A model generated the notes under the pieces. The model was not told where the DNA came from. It did no database searches and saw only the letters and a program-made list of their open reading frames with translations. Shown one piece after another: positions 33,949-43,340 of a stretch of 64,000 nt of DNA. The stretch's first letter is position 1; each line of letters starts with the position of its first letter. A program made the position numbers and the translations under genes. Source of the DNA: Methanocaldococcus sp. 28A. Lineage in GTDB: Archaea > AGJL01 > Methanococci > Methanococcales > Methanocaldococcaceae. Location of the stretch: assembly GCA_049852185.1 (NCBI GenBank), contig CP187540.1. One strand, given 5' to 3'.

Positions 33949-34920
33949 TTATAATTCAATAAATCCTAAAGACTTTTTAAGGACTTCTGCGTTAATCTTT
34001 CCAGCACTATAAACTTTGCCTCTTGTTATATCATTAATTACAACTACTGCTGGAGCAAACATTCCTTTGTCAATTTTGTAGAAATCGTAATCAGCTGCTT
34101 TGAATACTTCCATGAATGGTTTTCCATAATCTTTTGATGTACATGAAGGTAATGCTTTACATAAAGCTTCAATGTCATCGTTTTCATCGCTCTTAATGTA
34201 GTAGTAGGTTATTCCTCCATATAAAACCATATCATTTGTAGCACCCATCATAGCAAAGTCATCGCCAATTATTGGAGCAATTGGAGCTAAACCAGCTGCA
34301 TATTTAACCTTTGTAACATCAAACTCTAAAACTTCTAACATCTTGTATGTTCCATTCTCTACAACTCTACCACTAATCTGGATTGAACCAACTAATGAAG
34401 CTGTTGGAGCTATTAATAAATAAACATTCTCTACATCAACATTACATTCTTTAGCTATATAATCAGCAACTTCTTCATTTGGCAATTTTGATGCCTCTAA
34501 ACACAAAACAGCAACATCAGCATCATCTTCATATCCAATTTCTTCATAAGTCTTCTTTGGCTTTTTAGCTAAAGCTCTTGCAGGTCCTGAACCCATAGCA
34601 AAATACTTTCCAACTTTAACTGCCCATCCTGCCTTTTGAGCTCCTAATGTAGCTATTGCTGGATGTGATGTTTTTACTTTAACAAAAGGAAGGTTTATTC
34701 CATCAAAACCAGCTGGTGATAATGAGATGCCAACGTGAGCTAAACCTCCCAAACAAACTTTTGTATATAATTTCCCAGCTTCCCAGCTTCCAGGAACATT
34801 TACTCCACAGTCTAAAACAGTAGCTCCATTCTCCAATTTTATAACGTCAATATTTAACTCCTCTTTATTTTCAATCATTTTATTTACAATCTCTAAAGCT
34901 TTTTTATTTACACTCAACAT
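33949..34920 (-). CDS. mch: Methenyltetrahydromethanopterin cyclohydrolase
   Basis: [36 protein letters not shown]. Confidence 0.97.
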   Translation of the reverse strand: MLSVNKKALEIVNKMIENKEELNIDVIKLENGATVLDCGVNVPGSWEAGKLYTKVCLGGLAHVGISLSPAGFDGINLPFVKVKTSHPAIATLGAQKAGWAVKVGKYFAMGSGPARALAKKPKKTYEEIGYEDDADVAVLCLEASKLPNEEVADYIAKECNVDVENVYLLIAPTASLVGSIQISGRVVENGTYKMLEVLEFDVTKVKYAAGLAPIAPIIGDDFAMMGATNDMVLYGGITYYYIKSDENDDIEALCKALPSCTSKDYGKPFMEVFKAADYDFYKIDKGMFAPAVVVINDITRGKVYSAGKINAEVLKKSLGFIEL

Positions 34921-35059
34921 TCTATCACCAAATAAAACATATAGCTTTATATAGCTTTTTTATTGCTATATCTTATATAAGTTGTAGTCATATCGTTTTT
35001 ATAGTTTATGATTTGAATTTTTGTTTAAATATAGTAACTAAATAACCAAATGTGATAAT

Positions 35060-35776
35060 ATGGATATGAGAGAGTGGGAAATATATTATAACAAAATTAT
35101 AGACGATTTTGGATTTAATAAAAGTAAAGATGTTGAAAGTGCAGTTATTTTAAATGATATTTTAGAAAAAGCCAATAAAGTGTCTATTGAGAAACTTAAA
35201 GATATTATTGAAGGTAGAGAAGTTTTTATTTTTGGTGCAGGACCATCAATAAGAAGACATATTAAAATTATAAAAGACTTAAGAAAAAATTTTCCTGTAA
35301 TAGTTGCTGATGGGGCATGTAAAGCATTTTTAGAAGAAGGCATAATTCCAGATATTATAGTTTCAGATTTGGATGGTGATTTAGGGGCACTAATTGAATG
35401 TAATAAAAATGGGTCTATAATTGTAGTTCATGCACATGGAGATAACATTGAAAGAATTAAAGAGTATGTTCCAAAGCTAAAAAATATAATAGGAAGCTGT
35501 CAAATACCAAATTATAAAGAGCTAAATTTAAAAAATGTAATTAACTTTGGTGGATTTACAGATGGTGATAGATGCTGTTTTTTAGCTTATTATTTTAATG
35601 CTAAGAAGCTAATATTGGGGGGAATGGATTTTGGAATCTATATAACTAAATATTCAAGACCAAATATAAAAAATTATATAGAGAAAGGAGATGAAATAAA
35701 AATTAAAAAGTTAAAATATGCTGAAAAATTAATAAATTATTTAAAAGATAAAATAGAAATAGAGTATTTAAAATAA
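35060..35776 (+). CDS. mptE: 6-hydroxymethyl-7,8-dihydropterin pyrophosphokinase
   Basis: GAGPS, VSDLDG, VHAHGDN, FGGFTDGDR. Confidence 0.9.
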   Translation: MDMREWEIYYNKIIDDFGFNKSKDVESAVILNDILEKANKVSIEKLKDIIEGREVFIFGAGPSIRRHIKIIKDLRKNFPVIVADGACKAFLEEGIIPDIIVSDLDGDLGALIECNKNGSIIVVHAHGDNIERIKEYVPKLKNIIGSCQIPNYKELNLKNVINFGGFTDGDRCCFLAYYFNAKKLILGGMDFGIYITKYSRPNIKNYIEKGDEIKIKKLKYAEKLINYLKDKIEIEYLK

Positions 35777-35866
35777 CTTTAGGCAAGGTTTATATATTAG
35801 ACTAGTGTAGTTTATATAATTACTTTGAAGCTTAGATGCTCATAATATACAATCAAATAAAATTAT

Positions 35867-37327
35867 TTGATTATTTTGATAAAAATATTTTATGTGATGA
35901 ATATGATAACCGTAATAGGTTTTGGTTCATTTGGTAGAAAAGTTGTAAATTTTATTAAAAATAAAGAACCTATCACAATTATTGACAAAAATATTGAGGA
36001 TGCTGATGATTTAGTAAAAGAAGGAATTAAGGTAGTTATTGGTGATGCCACTGAAGATGAGATATTAAAAAAAGCAGAAATTGATAAGGCAGATATTGTA
36101 TTGATATTAACAAACTCTTCAGAGATAAATAGGGCTATAGCTGAAAAGGTTTGTATGCTAAGCCCTAACTCATATAAGATAGCAAGAGCTATTCCAGGAT
36201 ATCCTGAGTTATATAGTGGATTAAATATAGACAAGATAATAAATATCTTAGAAAGTGGAGCTAAAGATATTGCAAAAGAGGTTGAGGATGCAAAATTAAA
36301 AAGAAAGTTGATGCAATTAAAATCTATATTGGTAGAAGGTAAGAAAAAATGTATTGAATTGGAAAAAATTGAAGAGAAAAAAGCTCCACTTTTAATAATA
36401 ACTCATATAAATCCAGACCCGGATGCTATAGCAAGTGCTATGGCTTTGAAAACAATAGCTGAAAAATGGGGAGTTGATGCAGATATAGCTTATGGAGGAA
36501 GTATTGGATATGATGAAAACAAAGCAATGGTTAATTTATTAGGAGTTAATCTTCTAAACGTTGAAAATATAAATTTAAATAATTACTGCGTTATTGCTGT
36601 TGTTGATACATCTACATTAAAACAACTGCCTTTAGAGATACAAGACATTGATATAATTATAGACCACCACAATAACGCTGATTTAACTGCCAAATATATG
36701 GATATTAGGCCAGAAGTTGGAGCAACTGCTTCTATTTTAACACAATATTTAATGGAATTGGAAATAGAGCCGTCAAGAAACTTAGCAACTGCTTTATTTT
36801 ATGGAATACAATCAGATACTGATTACTTTAAAAGAGAAACATCAAAATTAGATTTTGAAGCAGCTGCTTATCTTCAGAGCTATATTGACCCTACTTTGTT
36901 AAATATGATAGAAAATCCTGAAATTTCTACAGAGGTTATGGAAGTTTTAGCAAAGGCGATAATGAATAGAAGAGTTGTTAAAGGAAATATTGCTTTATCT
37001 TATGTTGGAGAAATAAGGAATAGGGATGCTTTACCAAAAGCAGCTGATTTCTTATTAAAGATGGAAGGAATTTCAACAACATTCGTATTTGGTATTGTTG
37101 GAGATGAAATCCACATATCTGCAAGAACTAAAGATTTAAGACTTAACTTAGGAGAGATATTAAATAAGGCATTTGGTGGAGGAGGGCATCAAACAGCTGC
37201 AGCTGCTAAAATTCCTTTAGGAATATTTAAGGCAGTATCTGATAAAGAGGCATTGAGAAAGTTAGTTGAAGAAGCGATTAGAGCTAAGATATTGGAAGTT
37301 ATTGGTATAAGAGAAGATGTAAAGTAA
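35867..37327 (+). CDS. TrkA-N plus DHH/DHHA1 phosphoesterase
   Basis: GFGSFG Rossmann motif; HINPDPDAIAS, IDHH, GGGGH; true start probably about 10 codons downstream. Confidence 0.9.
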   Translation: MIILIKIFYVMNMITVIGFGSFGRKVVNFIKNKEPITIIDKNIEDADDLVKEGIKVVIGDATEDEILKKAEIDKADIVLILTNSSEINRAIAEKVCMLSPNSYKIARAIPGYPELYSGLNIDKIINILESGAKDIAKEVEDAKLKRKLMQLKSILVEGKKKCIELEKIEEKKAPLLIITHINPDPDAIASAMALKTIAEKWGVDADIAYGGSIGYDENKAMVNLLGVNLLNVENINLNNYCVIAVVDTSTLKQLPLEIQDIDIIIDHHNNADLTAKYMDIRPEVGATASILTQYLMELEIEPSRNLATALFYGIQSDTDYFKRETSKLDFEAAAYLQSYIDPTLLNMIENPEISTEVMEVLAKAIMNRRVVKGNIALSYVGEIRNRDALPKAADFLLKMEGISTTFVFGIVGDEIHISARTKDLRLNLGEILNKAFGGGGHQTAAAAKIPLGIFKAVSDKEALRKLVEEAIRAKILEVIGIREDVK

Positions 37328-37401
37328 ATATAATTAAATAATATTTAAAAATATTTTATTAAAATATTTTCTCTTTTGCTTTTATCTCAAAATTCATCAA
37401 C

Positions 37402-38961
37402 TTATTTATAGAGCTTTTCAGCATACTCCTTAGCCATTCTCTCAGCATCAAAGTATTCAACAATATGATTAACGCAATTACAAGCTTTCATCCACCATCT
37501 TTCAGAATCATACATATCTGCAACTTCTTCCAATAAATTGTAAATGCAGTTTGCAACATAGGCATCATCATCTCTAACACCATCACCTATTGTAAAGCTA
37601 TCATCTGGATACATCTTAGCCCATTCTACGTGCCATCCATCTAAAGTGCTCATATGTATGGAAGCGTTCATAGATGCTGTCATTCCAGATGTTCCAGAAG
37701 CTTCATGATTTAGTTTTGGAGTGTTAAGCCAAATATCTGAACCTGTCTTTAGTAATTTACTTAGCTTTAGTTCATAGCCCGTTAGTATGGTAGCTCCTTT
37801 CATATCCCTTGTTTTTGATACAATCCAGTTGAATGTTGCTATCATATTGCTATCATTAGGATGTGGTTTTCCCGCCCATATAACTTGTATTTTTTTCTTT
37901 TTTAATAACTCAAGTAATCTCATTTCATCATGAAGCAATATGTAAGGTCTTTTATAAGCAGTAAATCTTCTTGCCCAAACAACAGTTAATCTATCTTTTT
38001 TAAATATCTTTCCAGTCTGGTCTGCAACTTCTTCAAATAAAATCTCCTTTAACTCCATCTTTCTCTCTCTCAGCATATCGATGTCATATTTTTTTGCAGC
38101 TTCTCTAATAATTGGGTCCTGCCAATAATATTTATCTTGAGCATTTGTTATTGCCACTATCTCACATTTATCTTTAACCCAACTCCACATTCTATCGCAA
38201 ACTTCTTTATGCTTCTTAGATACAGCATTAGCTCTCTTACACGTTCTTAAAGCACATACAGTATAATTAAATGGATTACCCCCTAATTTTTCAGCTAATT
38301 TTATATCAACATTTCCAAAGAATCCCATAGATTTTAATAAATTAATATCTTGAGTTTCATTTCCTTCTGGTAATGGTGTGTGAGTAGTGAAAACAGTATG
38401 TTCCCTTGTATATTCAAGTCCATAATCTTCTATTAATTTAAAAACTAATGGAAGGGGATGAGGCTCATTCATGTGGAAGAGCTTTACATTTTCACACTCT
38501 TTTATAACTTTATATCCTCCAACACCCAAAACAATCTGTTGAGCTATATGAAGTATGTTGTTGGCATCATATAGTTTATGGGTTATAGTTCTTGAGAATT
38601 CATCATTTTCTGGAATATCAGTTGTTAAGAAATAGATAGGACATGTTCCAAAAACATCTTCTTCTAATTTATAAGCTTTAACCCAAACAGTGTTGTTGTT
38701 TATTATAACTGGAACTTTTAAATTAATGTCTTCCAAAAAATCATAGTATTTTCTTATATATTCAATTTTCATCTTTCCCTCACAATCTCTAACTTGGTCA
38801 TAATACCCATAACTCCATAATATAGACACTCCTACAAGTGGTTGATTCAATCTCTTAGCCGCTCTAAAATGTGAGCCAGCTAAGAATCCTAATCCTCCAG
38901 CATAGGTTTTTAGAGGTTGGTGAATTGCAAATTCCATACAAAAATAAGCTGTTGGTTTCAT
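37402..38961 (-). CDS. glgP: Alpha-glucan (glycogen) phosphorylase
   Basis: AYFCMEF, YAGGLGFLAG, EASGTSGM. Confidence 0.93.
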   Translation of the reverse strand: MKPTAYFCMEFAIHQPLKTYAGGLGFLAGSHFRAAKRLNQPLVGVSILWSYGYYDQVRDCEGKMKIEYIRKYYDFLEDINLKVPVIINNNTVWVKAYKLEEDVFGTCPIYFLTTDIPENDEFSRTITHKLYDANNILHIAQQIVLGVGGYKVIKECENVKLFHMNEPHPLPLVFKLIEDYGLEYTREHTVFTTHTPLPEGNETQDINLLKSMGFFGNVDIKLAEKLGGNPFNYTVCALRTCKRANAVSKKHKEVCDRMWSWVKDKCEIVAITNAQDKYYWQDPIIREAAKKYDIDMLRERKMELKEILFEEVADQTGKIFKKDRLTVVWARRFTAYKRPYILLHDEMRLLELLKKKKIQVIWAGKPHPNDSNMIATFNWIVSKTRDMKGATILTGYELKLSKLLKTGSDIWLNTPKLNHEASGTSGMTASMNASIHMSTLDGWHVEWAKMYPDDSFTIGDGVRDDDAYVANCIYNLLEEVADMYDSERWWMKACNCVNHIVEYFDAERMAKEYAEKLYK

Positions 38962-39059
38962 AACTATCCCATTTTATATTATTAGTTGTTATTGTTATAC
39001 TCAATTTATTTATTATCTATTTATATCTTTTCTTTAAATGTTTGATTATACATAGTTAT

Positions 39060-39418
39060 CACGATGTAATATTTTAATTTTTAATTTATAGGTTTTTTAT
39101 AATTTATTTTTTGATTTTAAAGATTTTTAGCTAATTTCTAAGGGTAGCTTATTTTTAATATTTTGCTTATTTAGATGTATTAAATTAGTAAGATTTTTAA
39201 GAGATTTTAGATAATTATTTTTATATTTTAATTTCCCCGATAGATAATTTGATTTTTTAGATTTAAGGGTTTTATTGTTTTGATTAACACAATACCGTAA
39301 AGTATTTATATTAGTTAGGGTATATAAAGAAATCAGGTAATTGGGGGGTCGTAATATAGCCGCTATAAAATAAATATTTAAAAATGCTTAATTTCGTTTA
39401 ATTCAAAAAATGCCTCCT
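39060..39418 (+). promoter_or_regulatory. CRISPR leader with BRE/TATA
   Basis: AT-rich non-coding tract next to the intact first repeat; CCGTAAAGTATTTATATT at about 39295-39312; degenerate repeat lies at the opposite end. Confidence 0.7.
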
Positions 39419-39870
39419 ATTAAAATAAGACCGATCCGGTATGGAAACATTTGTTAAATAAACACTTATCCTTTTTCCCATCTTACATCACCTCATTAAA
39501 ATAAGACCGATCCGGTATGGAAACGAAATTTGATAATATCGTAAATATAAAATTTTGTTCATTAAAATAAGACCGATCCGGTATGGAAACATTTTTTTAA
39601 AGCTATAAGTAAAAAACCTTATTTTAGTTAGCCAAAATAATTAAAATAAGACCGATCCGGTATGGAAACCTCATTTTTACGCTTATGAATGTCTTGGCAG
39701 GAGCATTATTAAAATAAGACCGATCCGGTATGGAAACATAAACAGCCCATTTAAGACCTCATACTGCTCTTTTATTAAAATAAGACCGATCCGGTATGGA
39801 AACCTCTTTTTTGCCATCTCCATCTCCCTGTCCTCAGACTTATTAAAATAAGACCGGTTCGGTATAAAAT
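39419..39870 (+). CRISPR. CRISPR array, 7 repeats (last degenerate), 6 spacers; no cas genes in window
   Basis: 30-bp repeat ATTAAAATAAGACCGATCCGGTATGGAAAC at 39419, 39495, 39561, 39640, 39708, 39774, degenerate at 39842; spacers 46, 36, 49, 38, 36, 38 bp. Confidence 0.98.
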
Positions 39871-40139
39871 AATTATTATTTCTTTTTCTTTTTTATTAAT
39901 TTGAAAAAATTCTTTAACAAAAAATCTTTTTATTAAAATACAGAGTATTAAAATAATTAAATTTATCTATTTTCTGTTGTATTCCAAAAATATTTCACAC
40001 CTATAAGTAATAAAAAAGATAACATAAATAATAACTTCTATATCTGCTTTACAAGATTCCAGAAGTTTCTCTTAGAGCATAATATTGAACACAATAAAAA
40101 CGTCCGTCAGACATCCTCAAACGTGGCAAGACTTTTGCA

Positions 40140-40344
40140 CTAATTATATTTAACATGGTATGACGGCTCTCCACCCTAAAGGGCGGAGTTTCGTGAGAGC
40201 GAGCCTAAGCTCACCCTCTCCGGCCCCGCCAAAGCCACTACCCCTATCCCATTAGGGATTCGGGGCTACGCTTTAACCATTTCCATGTCCCCAGCGGTGG
40301 AGTTTTCGATAACCCCACCAATTAATAACTTGGACTGGGGACAT
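40140..40344 (-). ncRNA. Putative stand-alone omegaRNA/reRNA-like transcript
   Basis: TATA TTTTATATA at 40367-40375, about 25 bp upstream of a 10-bp stem (40335-40344/40285-40294); GC-rich hairpins; ends at right-end hairpin plus flanking guide. Confidence 0.6.
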
Positions 40345-40492
40345 AAGTTTAGTTTATTAATTCGGGTATATAAAAGTTATGTTTGTCCCACCCACCTCCC
40401 CTATCTCCTTGCTTCGCAAGGAGAGTAATGAAATCTGAAAGATTTCATCTGAATTCATCACCGCCCTAAAGGGCGGTGCTTTCTTAGCGACA
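40160..40492 (-). mobile_element. Non-autonomous IS200/IS605-type element (no ORF)
   Basis: Near-identical subterminal hairpins at 40169-40188 and 40459-40478 (CCGCCC-TTTA-GGGCGG type); TTTAT 5' of left end; right end ...GCCGTCAT. Confidence 0.8.
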
Positions 40493-40849
40493 ATAAATGG
40501 TATAAATAATGCCAAAGGTATCAAAAATTCCTTACAATATTTACTTCTATCTTACCATAGGAAAAGTTGAACGGGTAAATAATGATGTTGAATATCGATT
40601 AGATAGATTTATAGATTGATTGAAATCACTAATGTGACTTCAAAGCTCTCCGCTACGCTTCAATTGGCATAACAAAATAAAACTTCATCGTTATTTAGAT
40701 TATAGGATTCCTTATGATGTTTATTATAGAAAATACATTTAATAATATGGATGTGATTTCATGAATTATTACTTGCGAAATAATTTCAAGATACAACACC
40801 TAAAATGCTTAATTTAAATTAATAAATATATATTTTTATAAGACAATAA

Positions 40850-40924
40850 TGCTCCGGCCGGGATTTGAACCCGGGTCGCGGGCTCGAAAGGCCCGCATGA
40901 TTGGCCGGACTACACCACCGGAGC
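40850..40924 (-). tRNA. tRNA-Glu(TTC)
   Basis: GCTCCGGTGGTGTAGTCCGGCC...CT-TTC-GA...GGTTCAAATCC; CCA not encoded. Confidence 0.96.
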
Positions 40925-40950
40925 AAACTACAAAAAAATAGAAAAATTAG

Positions 40951-41025
40951 CGGACCCGAGGGGATTTGAACCCCCGACCCCCGGCTTAGAAGGCCGGTGC
41001 CCTATCCAGGCTAGGCTACGGGTCC
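40951..41025 (-). tRNA. tRNA-Arg(TCT)
   Basis: GGACCCGTAGCCTAG...CCGGC-CT-TCT-AA-GCCGG...GGTTCAAATCC. Confidence 0.96.
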
Positions 41026-41079
41026 TCTTTAACTCAACCTTTTTGTTGTGGCTTTCAAGCACTTTCTACAATGAATTTT

Positions 41080-41099
41080 CTACTATATATACTTTTCGT
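41080..41099 (-). promoter_or_regulatory. BRE/TATA promoter for tRNA-Arg/tRNA-Glu
   Basis: Minus strand CGAAAAGTATATATAG. Confidence 0.7.
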
Positions 41100-41133
41100 T
41101 TCATGATTTATAACGAATCTTAATTAATTTAAA

Positions 41134-41433
41134 TAGGACTTTCTCAGGTATATATAATATTCAATGAACTTTTTTGGTTTCTGGATTTGTAATCATATAT
41201 TTTAATATTTCAATAATAAGGATATTTATCTTCCTTTGTCCACATGCAATGATTCCTTTAATAAAAATGGTTGCAATAGAAGGAATTCCAAAGGGATTGA
41301 TTATTTCATTTTTGATATCTTCACAATCCATTAGTTTGCCTCTATTATTAGTATTGTTGAAAGTGAAATACTCCATAATGAAAGCATTCAAATTATCCTT
41401 TTTAAAGTTTATTTTATTTTGCACACAACTATA
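41134..41433. repeat. Degenerate family 1 left arm (41134) and family 2 right half (about 41350-41433)
   Basis: TAGGACTTTCTCAGGTATA; GCATTCAAAT...AAAGTTTATTTTATTTTGCACACAACTATA. Confidence 0.6.
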
Positions 41434-41596
41434 ACTAATCCCAAATTTATATGGTTAATTATAAATATAAGTTTGTGGCAAGATAATAATTACAATATTT
41501 TTATTGTTTTTTATAGTCTCAATAATATTGATGATTACTCAATATATTCTTTATTCTTTTTTTATTAAATTTAACTAATTCAGAGGTGAATACACT

Positions 41597-42160
41597 ATGT
41601 ATAAAATTTTAGAGATTGCTGATGTTGTTAGAGTACCACCAGAAGAATTTGGAAAAGATTTGAAAGAAACTGTAAAAAAAATTCTCATGGAAAAATATGA
41701 AGGAAGGTTAGATAAAGATGTTGGATTTATTTTATCCATTATAGATGTAAAAGACATTGGAGAAGGTAAGGTAGTACATGGTGATGGTTCAGCATATCAT
41801 CCAGTTGTATTTGAAACTCTTGTCTATATCCCAGAGATGTATGAACTTATTGAGGGAGAGGTTGTTGATATTGTAGAATTTGGAAGCTTTGTAAGGTTAG
41901 GGCCTTTAGATGGGTTAATTCACGTTTCACAAATTATGGATGACTATGTCTCTTACGACCCTAAGAGAGAAGCAATTATCGGAAAAGAAACTGGAAAGGT
42001 TTTAGAAATTGGTGATTATGTTAGGGCAAGAATTGTTGCTATTAGTTTAAAAGCAGATAGAAAGAGAGGTAGTAAAATAGCATTAACTATGAGACAGCCA
42101 TACTTAGGAAAATTAGAGTGGATTGAAGAAGAAAAAGCTAAAAAAGAACAGCAAGAATAA
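41597..42160 (+). CDS. rpoE1: RNA polymerase subunit E' (Rpo7)
   Basis: [10 protein letters not shown]1 domain [21 protein letters not shown]. Confidence 0.97.
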   Translation: MYKILEIADVVRVPPEEFGKDLKETVKKILMEKYEGRLDKDVGFILSIIDVKDIGEGKVVHGDGSAYHPVVFETLVYIPEMYELIEGEVVDIVEFGSFVRLGPLDGLIHVSQIMDDYVSYDPKREAIIGKETGKVLEIGDYVRARIVAISLKADRKRGSKIALTMRQPYLGKLEWIEEEKAKKEQQE

Positions 42161-42169
42161 GGTGAGCTT

Positions 42170-42349
42170 ATGAAAGCATGTTTAAAATGCAAATACCTAA
42201 CAAATGATGATATATGTCCAATATGCCAATCTCCAACAAGTGAAAATTGGATAGGGCTTTTAATAGTTATAAATCCCGAAAAATCAGAGATAGCAAAAAA
42301 GGCTGGAATTGATATTAAAGGGAAGTATGCATTAAGTGTAAAGGAGTAG
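42170..42349 (+). CDS. spt4: Transcription elongation factor Spt4 (RpoE'')
   Basis: Hand translation [10 protein letters not shown]...CPIC...SENWIG...SEIAKK...GKYALSV (59 aa, below ORF track cutoff). Confidence 0.95.
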   Translation: MKACLKCKYLTNDDICPICQSPTSENWIGLLIVINPEKSEIAKKAGIDIKGKYALSVKE

Positions 42350-42350
42350 A

Positions 42351-42833
42351 TTGGTTATGTTAAAGCTTCCAGAAGAGTTGAGGGAAAAATTAAAAAAGCC
42401 CTTTGGAAAAGTATATAAAACACTACCAGATATAGATGGAGATATTGTAACTGTTGGAGATATTGTAACAAAAACTGTAATTGAAAACAACATAATCCCA
42501 AAACTTTCCATTTTTGATTTAAAAACTCAAAGAGATATTCCTGTTGAGATAAACCATATATTCAAAAAAATTATTAAGGTAAAAAATCCTCCTGGATACA
42601 TATCTGATGAAGCAATAGAAAGTATTAAATATCTATCTACAATAAATGATAAAGACATTGCTCTACTGGTTGATGGTGAGGAAGACCTCCTTACTTTAAT
42701 TGTTATCAAATTCTTTCCTATTGGAACTTATGTTTTATATGGACAACCTAATGAAGGTATCGTTATTTTAAAAATAGATAAAAAACTAAAACAAGAAATT
42801 GAAGAAATATTAAAACAATTCACAAAAATTTAA
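42351..42833 (+). CDS. GTP-dependent dephospho-CoA kinase (DUF359)
   Basis: [29 protein letters not shown]. Confidence 0.9.
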   Translation: MVMLKLPEELREKLKKPFGKVYKTLPDIDGDIVTVGDIVTKTVIENNIIPKLSIFDLKTQRDIPVEINHIFKKIIKVKNPPGYISDEAIESIKYLSTINDKDIALLVDGEEDLLTLIVIKFFPIGTYVLYGQPNEGIVILKIDKKLKQEIEEILKQFTKI

Positions 42834-42844
42834 GAGGGGATAAT

Positions 42845-43150
42845 ATGGAAATAAAAATATTATCAGAAAGATACAATCCATTATTGAAAAGAAAAGAATA
42901 CAGATTCATTGTAGACCACGATGGAGCAACACCGACCTTTAAAGATGTTAAGTTAAAGCTCGCAGCAATATTAAATGCAAATAAAGATTTATTGATTGTT
43001 GAAAAAATTGTTGAAGAAGCTGGAATGCAGAGAGCAAGAGGTTATGCTAAACTTTATGACAATGAGGAAATGTTGAAATTAATTGAAAGAGAACACATTT
43101 TAAGAAAAAATAAAATAGAAGAAGAAACAGCTGCTGAGGAGGGAGAATAA
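42845..43150 (+). CDS. rps24e: 30S ribosomal protein S24e
   Basis: NPLLKRKE, GATP, GYAKLY. Confidence 0.96.
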   Translation: MEIKILSERYNPLLKRKEYRFIVDHDGATPTFKDVKLKLAAILNANKDLLIVEKIVEEAGMQRARGYAKLYDNEEMLKLIEREHILRKNKIEEETAAEEGE

Positions 43151-43332
43151 TGACAAAAGGTAAAAAAACAGCAAAATACAAATATTACAAAATTGAAGGA
43201 GATAAAGTAGTAAGGTTGAAAAAGGTTTGTCCAAAATGTGGGCCTGGAGTTTTCATGGCTGAGCACTTAAACAGATACGCTTGTGGAAAATGTGGTTATA
43301 TGGAATGGAAACAGCCACAAAAGAATGAATAA
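43150..43332 (+). CDS. rps27ae: 30S ribosomal protein S27ae
   Basis: CPKCGPGVFMAEH...CGKCGY. Confidence 0.96.
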   Translation: MTKGKKTAKYKYYKIEGDKVVRLKKVCPKCGPGVFMAEHLNRYACGKCGYMEWKQPQKNE

Positions 43333-43340
43333 AATTTAAT

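Larger units (their letters stand above)
39975..40798 (+). mobile_element. Internally deleted, interrupted IS481-family element
   Basis: Imperfect TIRs TGTTGTATTCCAAAAATATTTC / GAAATAATTTCAAGATACAACA; integrase-core fragments FQKFLLEHNIEH, TSVRHPQT | GKVERVNND, WHNKIKLHRYLDYRIPYDVY. Confidence 0.75.

Noticed and set aside
40280-40290. ATGGAAA match between the IS605-type RNA and the CRISPR repeat 3' end (possible anti-repeat)
   Set aside because: Only 7 nt; expected by chance
40273-40344. 23-codon ORF MSPVQVINWWGYRKLHRWGHGNG inside the element
   Set aside because: Coincides with strong stems and has atypical codons; RNA structure explains it better
41161-41434. Two overlapping ORFs of about 87 aa
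   Set aside because: Overlap repeat fragments; no RBS or recognisable motif
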